NCBI GenBank assembly: GCA_031263445.1
Contig: JAISFV010000186.1
Span: 321 to 64,320, forward strand
DNA: 64,000 nt
From: Synergistaceae bacterium
Lineage (GTDB): Bacteria > Synergistota > Synergistia > Synergistales > Synergistaceae
Direction of reading: 5' to 3'
This document shows, piece after piece, positions 35,449-44,093 of this stretch (its first letter is position 1; every line of letters begins with the position of its first letter). The notes beneath the pieces were generated by a model that searched no databases, was not told the DNA's origin, and was given only the letters and a program-made list of their open reading frames with translations. The position numbers and the translations under genes were made by a program.

Positions 35449-37743
35449 TTAAGGGCGCATCCCTAGGATATCGCGCAGCAGCCTCATGACGGCGGCCTTC
35501 TCGCCGCCGTCCGTTATGGTCGCGCCTATGCAGGCCGGGCAGCCCCACCTGCACTTGCAGTTTGAGAGCGCGCTAGCGCAGGCTTCCAATAGCTTCGGCC
35601 CGAGGCCGAAGAGCGCCTCGGACAGCCCTATGCCGCCGGGGACGTTGTCGGCCACGAATACAGTGGGCGCCCTAAAGTGCGGATCCCGCTCGTGTCCCTT
35701 TACGATTATGTCCCCCCTGTCACACATAAGGAAGAGCGGCGCTATCGTCCGTACCAGGTTCGCGAGGCCTGAGAGGCTGTCAGGCCTCTCCTTTGCCGGC
35801 GCTTCGCCTGTCCCGTCCGCTTCGCCGGCCGTCCGCAGCCCCGTGACCCAGAACGCCGTCGTGTGCATCTGCTCCTCCGGGAGGTGTATGTAGCCGTATC
35901 CGACGTTTTCGTGGGTCAGCAGCTTGATCTTCTTGTAGATCGTGGGCCTGGTCGCCAGCAGAACCTCCCCCCAGCCGAACGGCGCTTTTGTCTCCGCCTC
36001 GTCCAGGACCTCTATCCGCGCTGCGGAATCCCCGTCCGTGTAGTAGTCCACGTCGACGCGCTTCACGTAACACCGCATCTGCTCGAAGTCCAGCTCCTCC
36101 ACCTGGTACGGCTCGCCTAGGTGGAAGTATATGGCTTGGGGGAATATCAGGGTCGGTGCCGTCTTCCTGTCCATCTGGCCTATCACCTTCGGGTTCGCCG
36201 GATCCGTGATGTCGTGGATGACGACGTTCTCGCTCGTCGCGCTCCGGAGGGAGAGGGACGACGCCGGGTATGAGTCGGCCTGCCAGTGGTACCTGCCGCC
36301 CTCCATGTGGAGGACGCCGTGGCGGGCCAGATAGTCAAGCGCTTCGTCCGTGTCGCACTTCCCGAACGGCTCCCCGGCGAAGAACGGCAGCTCGAACGAC
36401 GCGCACTTTACATGCCCGATCTGTATATAGGGGTTCGAAGGGTTTATCCGCGCGTGCTCCGGCGACGCGCCGAAGAAGTACGACGGGTTGGCGGAGAGGA
36501 ACTGGTCGATCTGGAGGGACGATGCGACCATCACGGCGGCGGAAACCCTGCCGTCCGCCCTCCTGCCGCTCCTTCCGATCTGCTGCCACGCCGACGCCAC
36601 GCTGCCCGGGTACCCGTGCAGGACGGCGAGTTCGAGCGAGCCGATGTCAACGCCTAACTCCAGGGCGTTCGTGCTGACGACGCAGTGGATGCTCCCGTCC
36701 CGGAGGCCGCGCTCTATTGCCCTGCGTTCGTTCGGCAGGTAACCGGCGCGGTATCCCGTTATGCGCGACGGCGATATCCCCCGCTTCGAGGCCGCGCCCT
36801 GGAGGTACGTCAGCAGGAGCTCGACGTTGATGCGCGAGCGGGTGAATACGATGGTCCTTATCCCGTTGCAGACAGCCTCGATGGCGATCCTGGAGACTTC
36901 GAGCAGTGACGAGCGCCTGATGCCGAGCTGGCTGTTCACCACGGGCGGGTTGTAAAAGATGACGTGCCTCTCCGGCGCCGGCGCGCCGTTTTCGCCTACC
37001 AGCTCCACTTCCCTGCCTATAAGCTCTTCCGCGAGCGCTTTAGGGTTAGCTATCGTGGCCGAGCAGCAAATGAACGTCGGACGTGATCCGTAAAATTCGC
37101 AGATGCGCGCCAGGCGCTGGAGGATCAGCGCGAAGTGTGAGCCGAAGATCCCGCGGTATGTGTGCAGCTCGTCGACGACCACGAACTTGAGATTCTCGAA
37201 GAGGCTCTTCCACTTCGTGTGGTGCGGGAGTATGCCAGTGTGGAGCATGTCAGGGTTCGTGATCACGATGTGGCCCGCGTTGCGGACCTTCGCCCTCGCG
37301 TCGGAGGGGGTGTCACCGTCATACGTGAACGTGCGGACGTCGAGCTCCATGTCCTCCACCAGCTCGTACAGCTCTGAGAGCTGATCCTGCGCCAGCGCCT
37401 TCGTGGGGAAGATGTATATGGCCCGTGCGGATGGGGCGCCTATTATCGTATTCAAGACCGGCACGTTGTAGCAGATGGTCTTGCCGGACGCGGTGGGCGT
37501 CACGACCACGCAGTCGCGCCCCTTGGAGGCAAGGGCTATAGCTTGCGCCTGGTGCGTGTACAGGCTCTCTATCCCCCTCTTTTTGAGGGCGGCGACAAGA
37601 TCCGCGTCGATGTCGGGCCATCCCGCCGTGACGGCCGGCGAGGGCAGGATCACCTCATGGGCGGCGATGTCACCTGGCAGGGACTCCACCCACTCCAGCA
37701 GCTTGCGCAGATCCTTGGTGCTTTTAGAAAAGACAGATGCCAT
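35449..37743 (-). CDS. DEAD/DEAH-box helicase with C-terminal DUF1998 zinc-ribbon (MrfA/YprA-like)
   Basis: PTASGKT Walker A, VVDELH, QQIGRSGRR, and a C-terminal CKCRWGCPACIG. Confidence 0.85.
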   Translation of the reverse strand: MASVFSKSTKDLRKLLEWVESLPGDIAAHEVILPSPAVTAGWPDIDADLVAALKKRGIESLYTHQAQAIALASKGRDCVVVTPTASGKTICYNVPVLNTIIGAPSARAIYIFPTKALAQDQLSELYELVEDMELDVRTFTYDGDTPSDARAKVRNAGHIVITNPDMLHTGILPHHTKWKSLFENLKFVVVDELHTYRGIFGSHFALILQRLARICEFYGSRPTFICCSATIANPKALAEELIGREVELVGENGAPAPERHVIFYNPPVVNSQLGIRRSSLLEVSRIAIEAVCNGIRTIVFTRSRINVELLLTYLQGAASKRGISPSRITGYRAGYLPNERRAIERGLRDGSIHCVVSTNALELGVDIGSLELAVLHGYPGSVASAWQQIGRSGRRADGRVSAAVMVASSLQIDQFLSANPSYFFGASPEHARINPSNPYIQIGHVKCASFELPFFAGEPFGKCDTDEALDYLARHGVLHMEGGRYHWQADSYPASSLSLRSATSENVVIHDITDPANPKVIGQMDRKTAPTLIFPQAIYFHLGEPYQVEELDFEQMRCYVKRVDVDYYTDGDSAARIEVLDEAETKAPFGWGEVLLATRPTIYKKIKLLTHENVGYGYIHLPEEQMHTTAFWVTGLRTAGEADGTGEAPAKERPDSLSGLANLVRTIAPLFLMCDRGDIIVKGHERDPHFRAPTVFVADNVPGGIGLSEALFGLGPKLLEACASALSNCKCRWGCPACIGATITDGGEKAAVMRLLRDILGMRP

Positions 37744-37850
37744 AACCTAACAGAGCGAGAACACGCTCACGCTCCTTCACGCTCCTTCTGCATTGAGTTG
37801 CCCGGTGAGGCGTCCTGACGCCGCCTGGGCAAAATCGAATTTTATCCGCT

Positions 37851-39461
37851 TCAATCGCGCCTTGAGGCGACCTTTCCGCCCACCATCGTGAGGTCTACGG
37901 ATATGTCCTTTATCCCCTCGGGCGGTATCGTGAAGATGTCGCGGTCGATGATTATGAGATCCGCCAGGAACCCTGGTTTCAGGCGTCCCTTGACGTTTTC
38001 CTTGAACTCCGCGTAAGCGCTCTCGTATGTGTACGCGTCTATCGCGGTCTCCACGTCCACGGCGTCGTCCGGGTTGTAGCCACCGTGAGGCGCGCCCGCG
38101 AGATCCATCCTCGTCACGGACGAGTAGATGCATTTGAACGGGTTACAGTCCTCCACTGGCGAGTCGGAGCCATACGAGACGTGAACACCGAGGCGGTGCA
38201 GCCTTCCGAAGGCGTAGGAGGCAGACGCGATTTCCGGGCCGACCCTGCTAGTTATCACGTGGAGGTCGGTGTTGATGAAGATCGGCTGGGCCATGACCAG
38301 CACGCCCATGTCCGCGATGCGCTTCAAGAGAGGCATGTCTGTTATCTGGCAGTGGTTGACCGCGTGACGCAGCACGTTCTGTCCGCCGCGTATGATTTTT
38401 CCGTAAGCGTCGAGCGTCTGTGATATCGCGCCGTCGCCTATGGCGTGGGTCATCACCTGTAAGCCGTTCTCGCACGCGACGCGGCAGAACCTGTCCAGTT
38501 GTTCCATTGGCAGGCAGTCTACTCCCCTGTTGCCGGGGTCGTCGCGGTAGTCCTCGCGCCGGAGCGCCGTCCTCGCGCCCAGCGAGCCGTCCTTGAACAG
38601 CTTCAGCGGGCCCGCCGTCAGCGTGTCGCCCCGGTAAACAGGGTCGTGCCTCTCCGTCCTGATGTATTCCAAAAGAAGCGCCTCGTCCAGGAACGTGACC
38701 TGGTGCCGGAAGCGCAAGGGCAGCTCGCCGCCCGAGAGGAGCTCACGCAGCAGCCCGAACACCTCCGCCGCGTCATCGTCCCTGGCGTCGTTCGACTGGA
38801 CGGACGTGAGGCCAACGCTCAGGCAGTAGGCCATGCCTTTTTTCAGGAAATTCTTCCATTCCGCCCGCGAGTTGGGTTTTATCGCCCCCTCGATCAATTG
38901 CATGGCGTTTTCCTTGAACACGCCAGAGGGGCTTCCGTCCTCTGTCTCGAAGACGCCGCCCTCCACTTGAGGGGAGGAGGCCGTAACCCCGCATATCTCC
39001 ATCGCCTTCGTGTTGGCGGCGGCGGAATGCCCGCAGACGCGCTTCAAGACGATCGGTATGTCGCGCGAGATCCTGTCGAGGTCGTGCCTGTTCAGGGCGC
39101 GTTTCTCCCCGTCAAAGAAGTCCTGGTTCCACCCGATGCCCAAAATCCCCCGCTCGACGGTCTCCGGGTGGCTTCCCGCATACTCCTTGCCACGCGCCAC
39201 GATCTCGTCGATGGAGCGCGCCCCCGAGAGGTCGAGCGTCGAAAGAGCCTCGCCGAGGTAGGCCAGGTGCATGTGGGAGTCGTTCAGCCCGGGCAGGACC
39301 GTCCTCCCGCCGGCGTCGATGACCTGCGTCCCCGCCTGGGCGGACGAAAGCATCTCGTCGTCAGTGCCGATGGAGGTTATGACCCCGTCCGAGATACGGA
39401 TGGCTTCGGCGAATTTGCCGCGTTCGACGTAGATCTTTCCGCTTTTGATTATCGTGTCCAT
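37851..39461 (-). CDS. Amidohydrolase family protein (Amidohydro_3 / YtcJ-like)
   Basis: PGLNDSHMHL metal-binding motif, THAIGD and GSDSPVE. Confidence 0.85.
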   Translation of the reverse strand: MDTIIKSGKIYVERGKFAEAIRISDGVITSIGTDDEMLSSAQAGTQVIDAGGRTVLPGLNDSHMHLAYLGEALSTLDLSGARSIDEIVARGKEYAGSHPETVERGILGIGWNQDFFDGEKRALNRHDLDRISRDIPIVLKRVCGHSAAANTKAMEICGVTASSPQVEGGVFETEDGSPSGVFKENAMQLIEGAIKPNSRAEWKNFLKKGMAYCLSVGLTSVQSNDARDDDAAEVFGLLRELLSGGELPLRFRHQVTFLDEALLLEYIRTERHDPVYRGDTLTAGPLKLFKDGSLGARTALRREDYRDDPGNRGVDCLPMEQLDRFCRVACENGLQVMTHAIGDGAISQTLDAYGKIIRGGQNVLRHAVNHCQITDMPLLKRIADMGVLVMAQPIFINTDLHVITSRVGPEIASASYAFGRLHRLGVHVSYGSDSPVEDCNPFKCIYSSVTRMDLAGAPHGGYNPDDAVDVETAIDAYTYESAYAEFKENVKGRLKPGFLADLIIIDRDIFTIPPEGIKDISVDLTMVGGKVASRRD

Positions 39462-39540
39462 AGCCCGGTCACCCCAGCAGGAGCGGAAAAAAACGCCGCC
39501 CCGTTTTAATAGCGTAGATTGTGCGTTCGCGCGAAAAAGG

Positions 39541-40317
39541 CTAGCGGCCTTTCAGCAAGACCCATACCCTCTTGAGGCACAGCTCGTCTATGACCTGGTT
39601 GAAGGCGTCGTCGCCCAGCTCCATTATGTCAAAGAGTATCCCGAGCGCGTCGAATTCCATGCGCGCGAGCTGTCCTCCGGCGGCGGCTACGGTCGTCATC
39701 ATCCTGGAGGCCTCCAGGCGCTCCCACATTGGCATCAGAGGCACGAGCAGACGCGCCGTGTCCTGAAAATCGGGCGGGTATAGGAGGCAGAAGTCCTTCA
39801 GAGCGGTGAGCGCGCGAATTTCGAGGGCAGTGAAGGAGAAATGCTTTTCCATAGTGTAGGAGAGCTGGACGAGCTCGTAGTCGTCAACGTAGCCGTCGCT
39901 TCTGGCGATAGCCATCCCGAGCTCGACTAAGAGGTGCTTTTTGGCATAGAGCGGCGTGAGCGCGTCACCCTGATGTATCGGAACGACCGTGATCACGTCA
40001 CCGGCGCTCACGGCAGGCTCGCGCGCGATGTCAGGGACGATGAGGCTGCCTGACATCTGGGCTGCTATGCTTATGTCCTGCTTTTCAGAGAGCGACAGCC
40101 CGCCTGCGGCGGGCACACTCAGGCCGAGCTGGCCACAGAGCTTGCTTATGGTCAATAAGGTCATGTTGACAGACGGCCGTTTTTCATTGGAGACTTTTTC
40201 CTCCCCTGTCCTCTGATACCCCACCGTGACGTCGATGTAAGGCCCTTCGGTGTCCGCTGCAGTGTATTCATTCAGAGAGACCGTTGTGTTTCCCCCGCTG
40301 ATCCATGTCGGCTGCAA
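39541..40317 (-). CDS. Hypothetical protein (possible TerB-like helical C-terminal half)
   Basis: 258-aa ORF with coding-like composition. TTG start, so the start is uncertain. The TerB-like guess rests only on the pattern ARSDGYVDDYE...FDAL. Confidence 0.5.
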   Translation of the reverse strand: MQPTWISGGNTTVSLNEYTAADTEGPYIDVTVGYQRTGEEKVSNEKRPSVNMTLLTISKLCGQLGLSVPAAGGLSLSEKQDISIAAQMSGSLIVPDIAREPAVSAGDVITVVPIHQGDALTPLYAKKHLLVELGMAIARSDGYVDDYELVQLSYTMEKHFSFTALEIRALTALKDFCLLYPPDFQDTARLLVPLMPMWERLEASRMMTTVAAAGGQLARMEFDALGILFDIMELGDDAFNQVIDELCLKRVWVLLKGR

Positions 40318-40387
40318 TTCCTACCACCCCACAGTACCCTGGCGCTTATGTTATTGCTTTATGCCGCCCTTTGTCAAATAAGTTTTT

Positions 40388-40408
40388 TTGAAATTATAAT
40401 AATTTCAA
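40388..40408. promoter_or_regulatory. Perfect 21-bp palindrome TTGAAATTAT-A-ATAATTTCAA (candidate operator)
   Basis: Read directly: 10-bp arms around one central base, about 70 nt upstream of the 39541-40317 gene. Confidence 0.4.
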
Positions 40409-40487
40409 TGAACCAAGACATCCTTTACGCTGTGTTCACATAACTGAGATGACTGGCTCAGCGCCCTATACGTGGCTACGTCCAAAT

Positions 40488-40516
40488 AAAATCGCCCGAC
40501 AGCATCGGGCGATTTT
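40488..40516 (-). terminator. Intrinsic terminator ending the iron-uptake operon (potentially bidirectional)
   Basis: 12-bp perfect stem AAAATCGCCCGA/TCGGGCGATTTT with loop CAGCA. The minus-strand tail is TTTTATTTGG. Confidence 0.7.
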
Positions 40517-40560
40517 GTAAATGCGGGCTGCAATTCCTCGTAAAATTACCTCATACGCTT

Positions 40561-40640
40561 GATTGATGATTCCGAAAACCCTCGCGGCGTCCGTGTCCTA
40601 AAACGGCAAAATGCCGTTTAGGTGAACCAATCAGCGCTCC
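40561..40640 (+). repeat. Intergenic repeat family, copy F
   Basis: GATGATTCCGAAAACCC, strong hairpin CCTAAAACGGCA-AAA-TGCCGTTTAGG, and ACCAATCAGCGC. Confidence 0.5.
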
Positions 40641-40876
40641 GCCTATGGAAACGGTACAATATGCCTGGCGTTTCCGCTATTCTTTCACCTGATAGACGCT
40701 GTCGATCAAAGTCCCGTCACGATACTCCACGACCGCCACAACCATCCTTGCGCGAATGGGGCGAAGCGGAGGGCGTTGTCTCATGATGCTTTCGCCGCAC
40801 GGATCAGGGGCTGCTGCGGCAAACAGGCGAACAGCGGCAGCGCTCCCCTGCCGCCGCTGTTCGTAATGCGGCCAGT

Positions 40877-41593
40877 TCAGCAGTTGTGCTGCAGGCTGAA
40901 TTCCTCCTGACTCACGACGCTCGGTTCCGCCGCCTTTTTAACAACCTCGGCGATCCTGCCGTGTTCCAGGTAGACCGTGCGGTCCGCCTCGAAGCCCACC
41001 TCTGGGTCGTGGGTGACGACGACTATAGTGGAGCCCCCCTCGTGAAGACCGCGCAAGATATCCAGAACGACTCGCTCGTTCGTCTCGTCCAGGTTGCCGG
41101 TCGGCTCGTCGGCGAGTATGAGCCTCGGGTAGTTTATCAGCGCGCGAGCTATGCACACCCTCTGCTGCTCGCCGCCGGAGAGCTGGCTCGGGAGGTGCTT
41201 GGCCCTGTCGGCCAGACCGACGCGCTCAAGCGCATTGAGCGCCTCCGGCTCGTCGGTCATGCTGTGATAATACTGCGCCACCATCACGTTCTCAAGGGCG
41301 GTCAGATAGCTTATGAGATGGAACTGCTGGAATATGAGGCCGATCTTGTCGCGCCTGATCGCGGTCAGCTCAGCGGAGGAGAGCTTCGACAGCTCTTCCC
41401 CGTCGAGCAGTACGGAGCCGCTCGTGGGCTTGCCCATGCAGCCGATGATGTTCATCATAGTCGTCTTGCCAGACCCGGAGGGACCCATTATGGCGAGCCA
41501 TTCCCCTTGCCCGACCGACATGCTCACGTTCGAGAGCGCTCTGACCTGCCCGTATACCATCGAAACATCGTTCAGTTCGAGTATGTTCATCAT
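40877..41593 (-). CDS. ABC transporter ATP-binding protein (MacB/LolD-like)
   Basis: GPSGSGKTT, LSGGEQQR and ILADEPTGNLD. I take the start at ATG 41593 (MMNILEL), with a GAGGAGGGG RBS. Confidence 0.9.
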   Translation of the reverse strand: MMNILELNDVSMVYGQVRALSNVSMSVGQGEWLAIMGPSGSGKTTMMNIIGCMGKPTSGSVLLDGEELSKLSSAELTAIRRDKIGLIFQQFHLISYLTALENVMVAQYYHSMTDEPEALNALERVGLADRAKHLPSQLSGGEQQRVCIARALINYPRLILADEPTGNLDETNERVVLDILRGLHEGGSTIVVVTHDPEVGFEADRTVYLEHGRIAEVVKKAAEPSVVSQEEFSLQHNC

Positions 41594-41607
41594 ATTACAT
41601 CCCCTCC

Positions 41608-42744
41608 TCATTCCCCGCGCAGCACGAGGGCCGGTTCCACTTCGACCGCCCGCCGCACAGGCAGGAGGCACGCGCACACCGTCACGGCTATGGAAACTGC
41701 GATCGTCAAGGGCAGTAGCTTCCAGTCCAGGATTATCCCGCGCCCGAACACGTTGACGCAGACCGTCTGGGCGAAGACATAGCCAAAAACCGCCCCCAGC
41801 ACGCCGCCCAGGAAGCCCAGAAGGACCCCCTCGCCCAGGAACTCCTTTGCGATGCTCCGGTTCTCAGCGCCGATGGCCTTTTTCAATCCGATCTCGCGTC
41901 TGCGCTCCATCACCACCGTCATCATCGTCGTCGCCACGCATATCATGGTCAGGACAAGCACGACTGCCGAGACGATGACTACAAGCGCCTGCAGCTTCGA
42001 CAGGACGGCCGCCTCTGACTGCGTGACCCGCTTGACGAGGCGCGGCGAGACGTTGGGCACGCCGGCTCTTATCGACGAGGCTATCTCGCCAAGCTCCGTC
42101 TCCGTGCCGGCAATGCTCAGCTCGGCCATGTCCGCGACGCCGGAGTTCCCCATCAGCGCTTCCAGGGCGGGAAGCGACATGATGATAAAACCGTCCTCGA
42201 CGCTGCCGGAACGGATGACGCCCGACACCGTGACGTCACGGCTGAACCTCGACCCGTCGCTTGCCCTGCCCGTAATCGTTATGGACGACCCGCGCGCCAG
42301 CCCGGTGAACTCCGCTATGTCGGAACCGATCAGGATGTCGTCCGATCCGGCCGGCCATTCGCCCGTGACGCTCCAGTAAGGGCTGGTCTTCCTTGCGCTC
42401 TCGAAAACCGTTCCGACGGCCGTATAACCCTGCATGTTGACCCTGACCATCTCATACCGGTACGGCGTCATGCCGACCAAGGACGCGGGCGGGATGACGC
42501 TTGCCGCCTTTTCTGCGTCCTCCAGGCCGAGCAACGCCTCCTCGCCGGAGGCCACTAGCACCATGTTAGCCCCGTAGCTCCTGAATTCCCGACCCATCTG
42601 GCGCGGGATGTCGTAGCTGATCGACGCCATCCCCAAAAGCACGGTCCCGCCTATGGCTACGGCGCACAACGCCGCCAACAGACGCGACCTGCGGCGCACA
42701 AGCGAGCTCACGAGCATCTTGAAGAACATTCTACGATTGGTCAT
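41608..42744 (-). CDS. ABC transporter permease (FtsX/MacB-type)
   Basis: N-terminal TM, periplasmic domain, and a C-terminal 3-TM FtsX-like module. Confidence 0.85.
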   Translation of the reverse strand: MTNRRMFFKMLVSSLVRRRSRLLAALCAVAIGGTVLLGMASISYDIPRQMGREFRSYGANMVLVASGEEALLGLEDAEKAASVIPPASLVGMTPYRYEMVRVNMQGYTAVGTVFESARKTSPYWSVTGEWPAGSDDILIGSDIAEFTGLARGSSITITGRASDGSRFSRDVTVSGVIRSGSVEDGFIIMSLPALEALMGNSGVADMAELSIAGTETELGEIASSIRAGVPNVSPRLVKRVTQSEAAVLSKLQALVVIVSAVVLVLTMICVATTMMTVVMERRREIGLKKAIGAENRSIAKEFLGEGVLLGFLGGVLGAVFGYVFAQTVCVNVFGRGIILDWKLLPLTIAVSIAVTVCACLLPVRRAVEVEPALVLRGE

Positions 42745-42758
42745 CTCAAATCACCGCG

Positions 42759-44063
42759 CTATCTGCCATGGAGGACCTCAGCAGGCCGCAGCGACAGCAG
42801 GAGCCTTATGGCGGGCAGGCTCCCAGCCAGCGCGACCGTCACGGTGAGGAGCGTCACCAGCGGGATGACAAGCGGCCGCACCTCTATCGACGAGCCGAAC
42901 ACCGTGTGCCCGATCAACTGCGCGAACCCCAGCCCCGCGAAGTAACCAGCCGCGCCCCCGAGGAGCGCGGTTATCATTGTCTCCGTGATTATGAGGGCGG
43001 ACACTTCGAAGGAGGACGCCCCGACGGCCTTTATCAGGCCGATCTCCGCGCTCCTCTCCATCACGCTTGCCGTGACGAGGTTCGATATGGCAAGCGACGC
43101 GCACGACAGGCTGAGCGCCGTCAGGAGGATCATCAGCAACTGCGTCTTCTGGAGGATCGCGCCCTCCGACTCCGCCACCTGCAGCACGGGTTTCGCGCGC
43201 GCGTTGCTGATGACCTCCTCTATCTGGTAGGCTATCGAGCTGATGTACGCCGTGCAGTACCACGTGTCCCACTCGTGGCGCGAGAGGCTGTTCGGATCCC
43301 TCGCCGCGCGTCTTGCCAGATCGTTCTCAGGGGTGGTGAGAGCGCTCACCTCCACCCTGCTGACGAGGCCCTGTCTGCTGGATATCTCCTGTGCGAGCCA
43401 GAGAGGGACGAAAAGACTCTCGTCATCCGCGCCGCCGCTCTGAAATACGCCCGCTATCGTAACGTCAGCCCCGCTCCTGTCGGAGACGGAGACCTTGTCG
43501 CCAGGGCCTACGCCCAGCTTCGACGCAAGACTCGCGCCAATCATGCCAGACGCCTCGCAGCACGGGCTGCCGTCCTCCGCCCACGCGCCTTTTACGTCCC
43601 ACCACGATTTCATCCTGCCCATCCCGGTCTGCACGGACTCGCCCGTGGGCGCGTCGAACTGTTTGTCGAACCACGTGCCATGGACTGTCGCGTTGGCGGA
43701 CTTGCCCCCACTCTTTACCAGTGCGCTCGACTCCAGGTAAGGCGCGAAATCGACTATGTTGAACGCCCAGAATATCGTCTTCAGCTTCGGAAGCTCGTCC
43801 TCGGCCAGATACTTGTCAGCGCCGCCGCCCATATCAGCATCGCCCGCCTCGCTGTACAGGTCGCCCAGGAAGGAGGCGGCGCGCGGTACAACGGTGAGGT
43901 TCGCCCCGTAGGACTTGAGCTCCTGGTTCACCTTGTCCCCCACGTCGAACATGACGTTGAGCATGGCCGTGCAGATCGACGCCCCTAGGGCCATCGTCAC
44001 CGCTATCATCGCCATCCGCCCCCGCTGCCGCAGGAGCGCGCCGGTCATCATCCGAAAGAACAT
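42759..44063 (-). CDS. ABC transporter permease (FtsX/MacB-type)
   Basis: Same architecture as the neighbouring permease. Confidence 0.85.
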   Translation of the reverse strand: MFFRMMTGALLRQRGRMAMIAVTMALGASICTAMLNVMFDVGDKVNQELKSYGANLTVVPRAASFLGDLYSEAGDADMGGGADKYLAEDELPKLKTIFWAFNIVDFAPYLESSALVKSGGKSANATVHGTWFDKQFDAPTGESVQTGMGRMKSWWDVKGAWAEDGSPCCEASGMIGASLASKLGVGPGDKVSVSDRSGADVTIAGVFQSGGADDESLFVPLWLAQEISSRQGLVSRVEVSALTTPENDLARRAARDPNSLSRHEWDTWYCTAYISSIAYQIEEVISNARAKPVLQVAESEGAILQKTQLLMILLTALSLSCASLAISNLVTASVMERSAEIGLIKAVGASSFEVSALIITETMITALLGGAAGYFAGLGFAQLIGHTVFGSSIEVRPLVIPLVTLLTVTVALAGSLPAIRLLLSLRPAEVLHGR

Positions 44064-44093
44064 TATGTTACACAGCCTCCTTAAAAAAGAACG

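Noticed and set aside
35449-37743. Reading the helicase-plus-DUF1998 gene as part of a DISARM-type defence system.
   Set aside because: No methyltransferase, PLD-nuclease or SNF2 partner genes are adjacent. The single-gene architecture fits the housekeeping MrfA/YprA family better.
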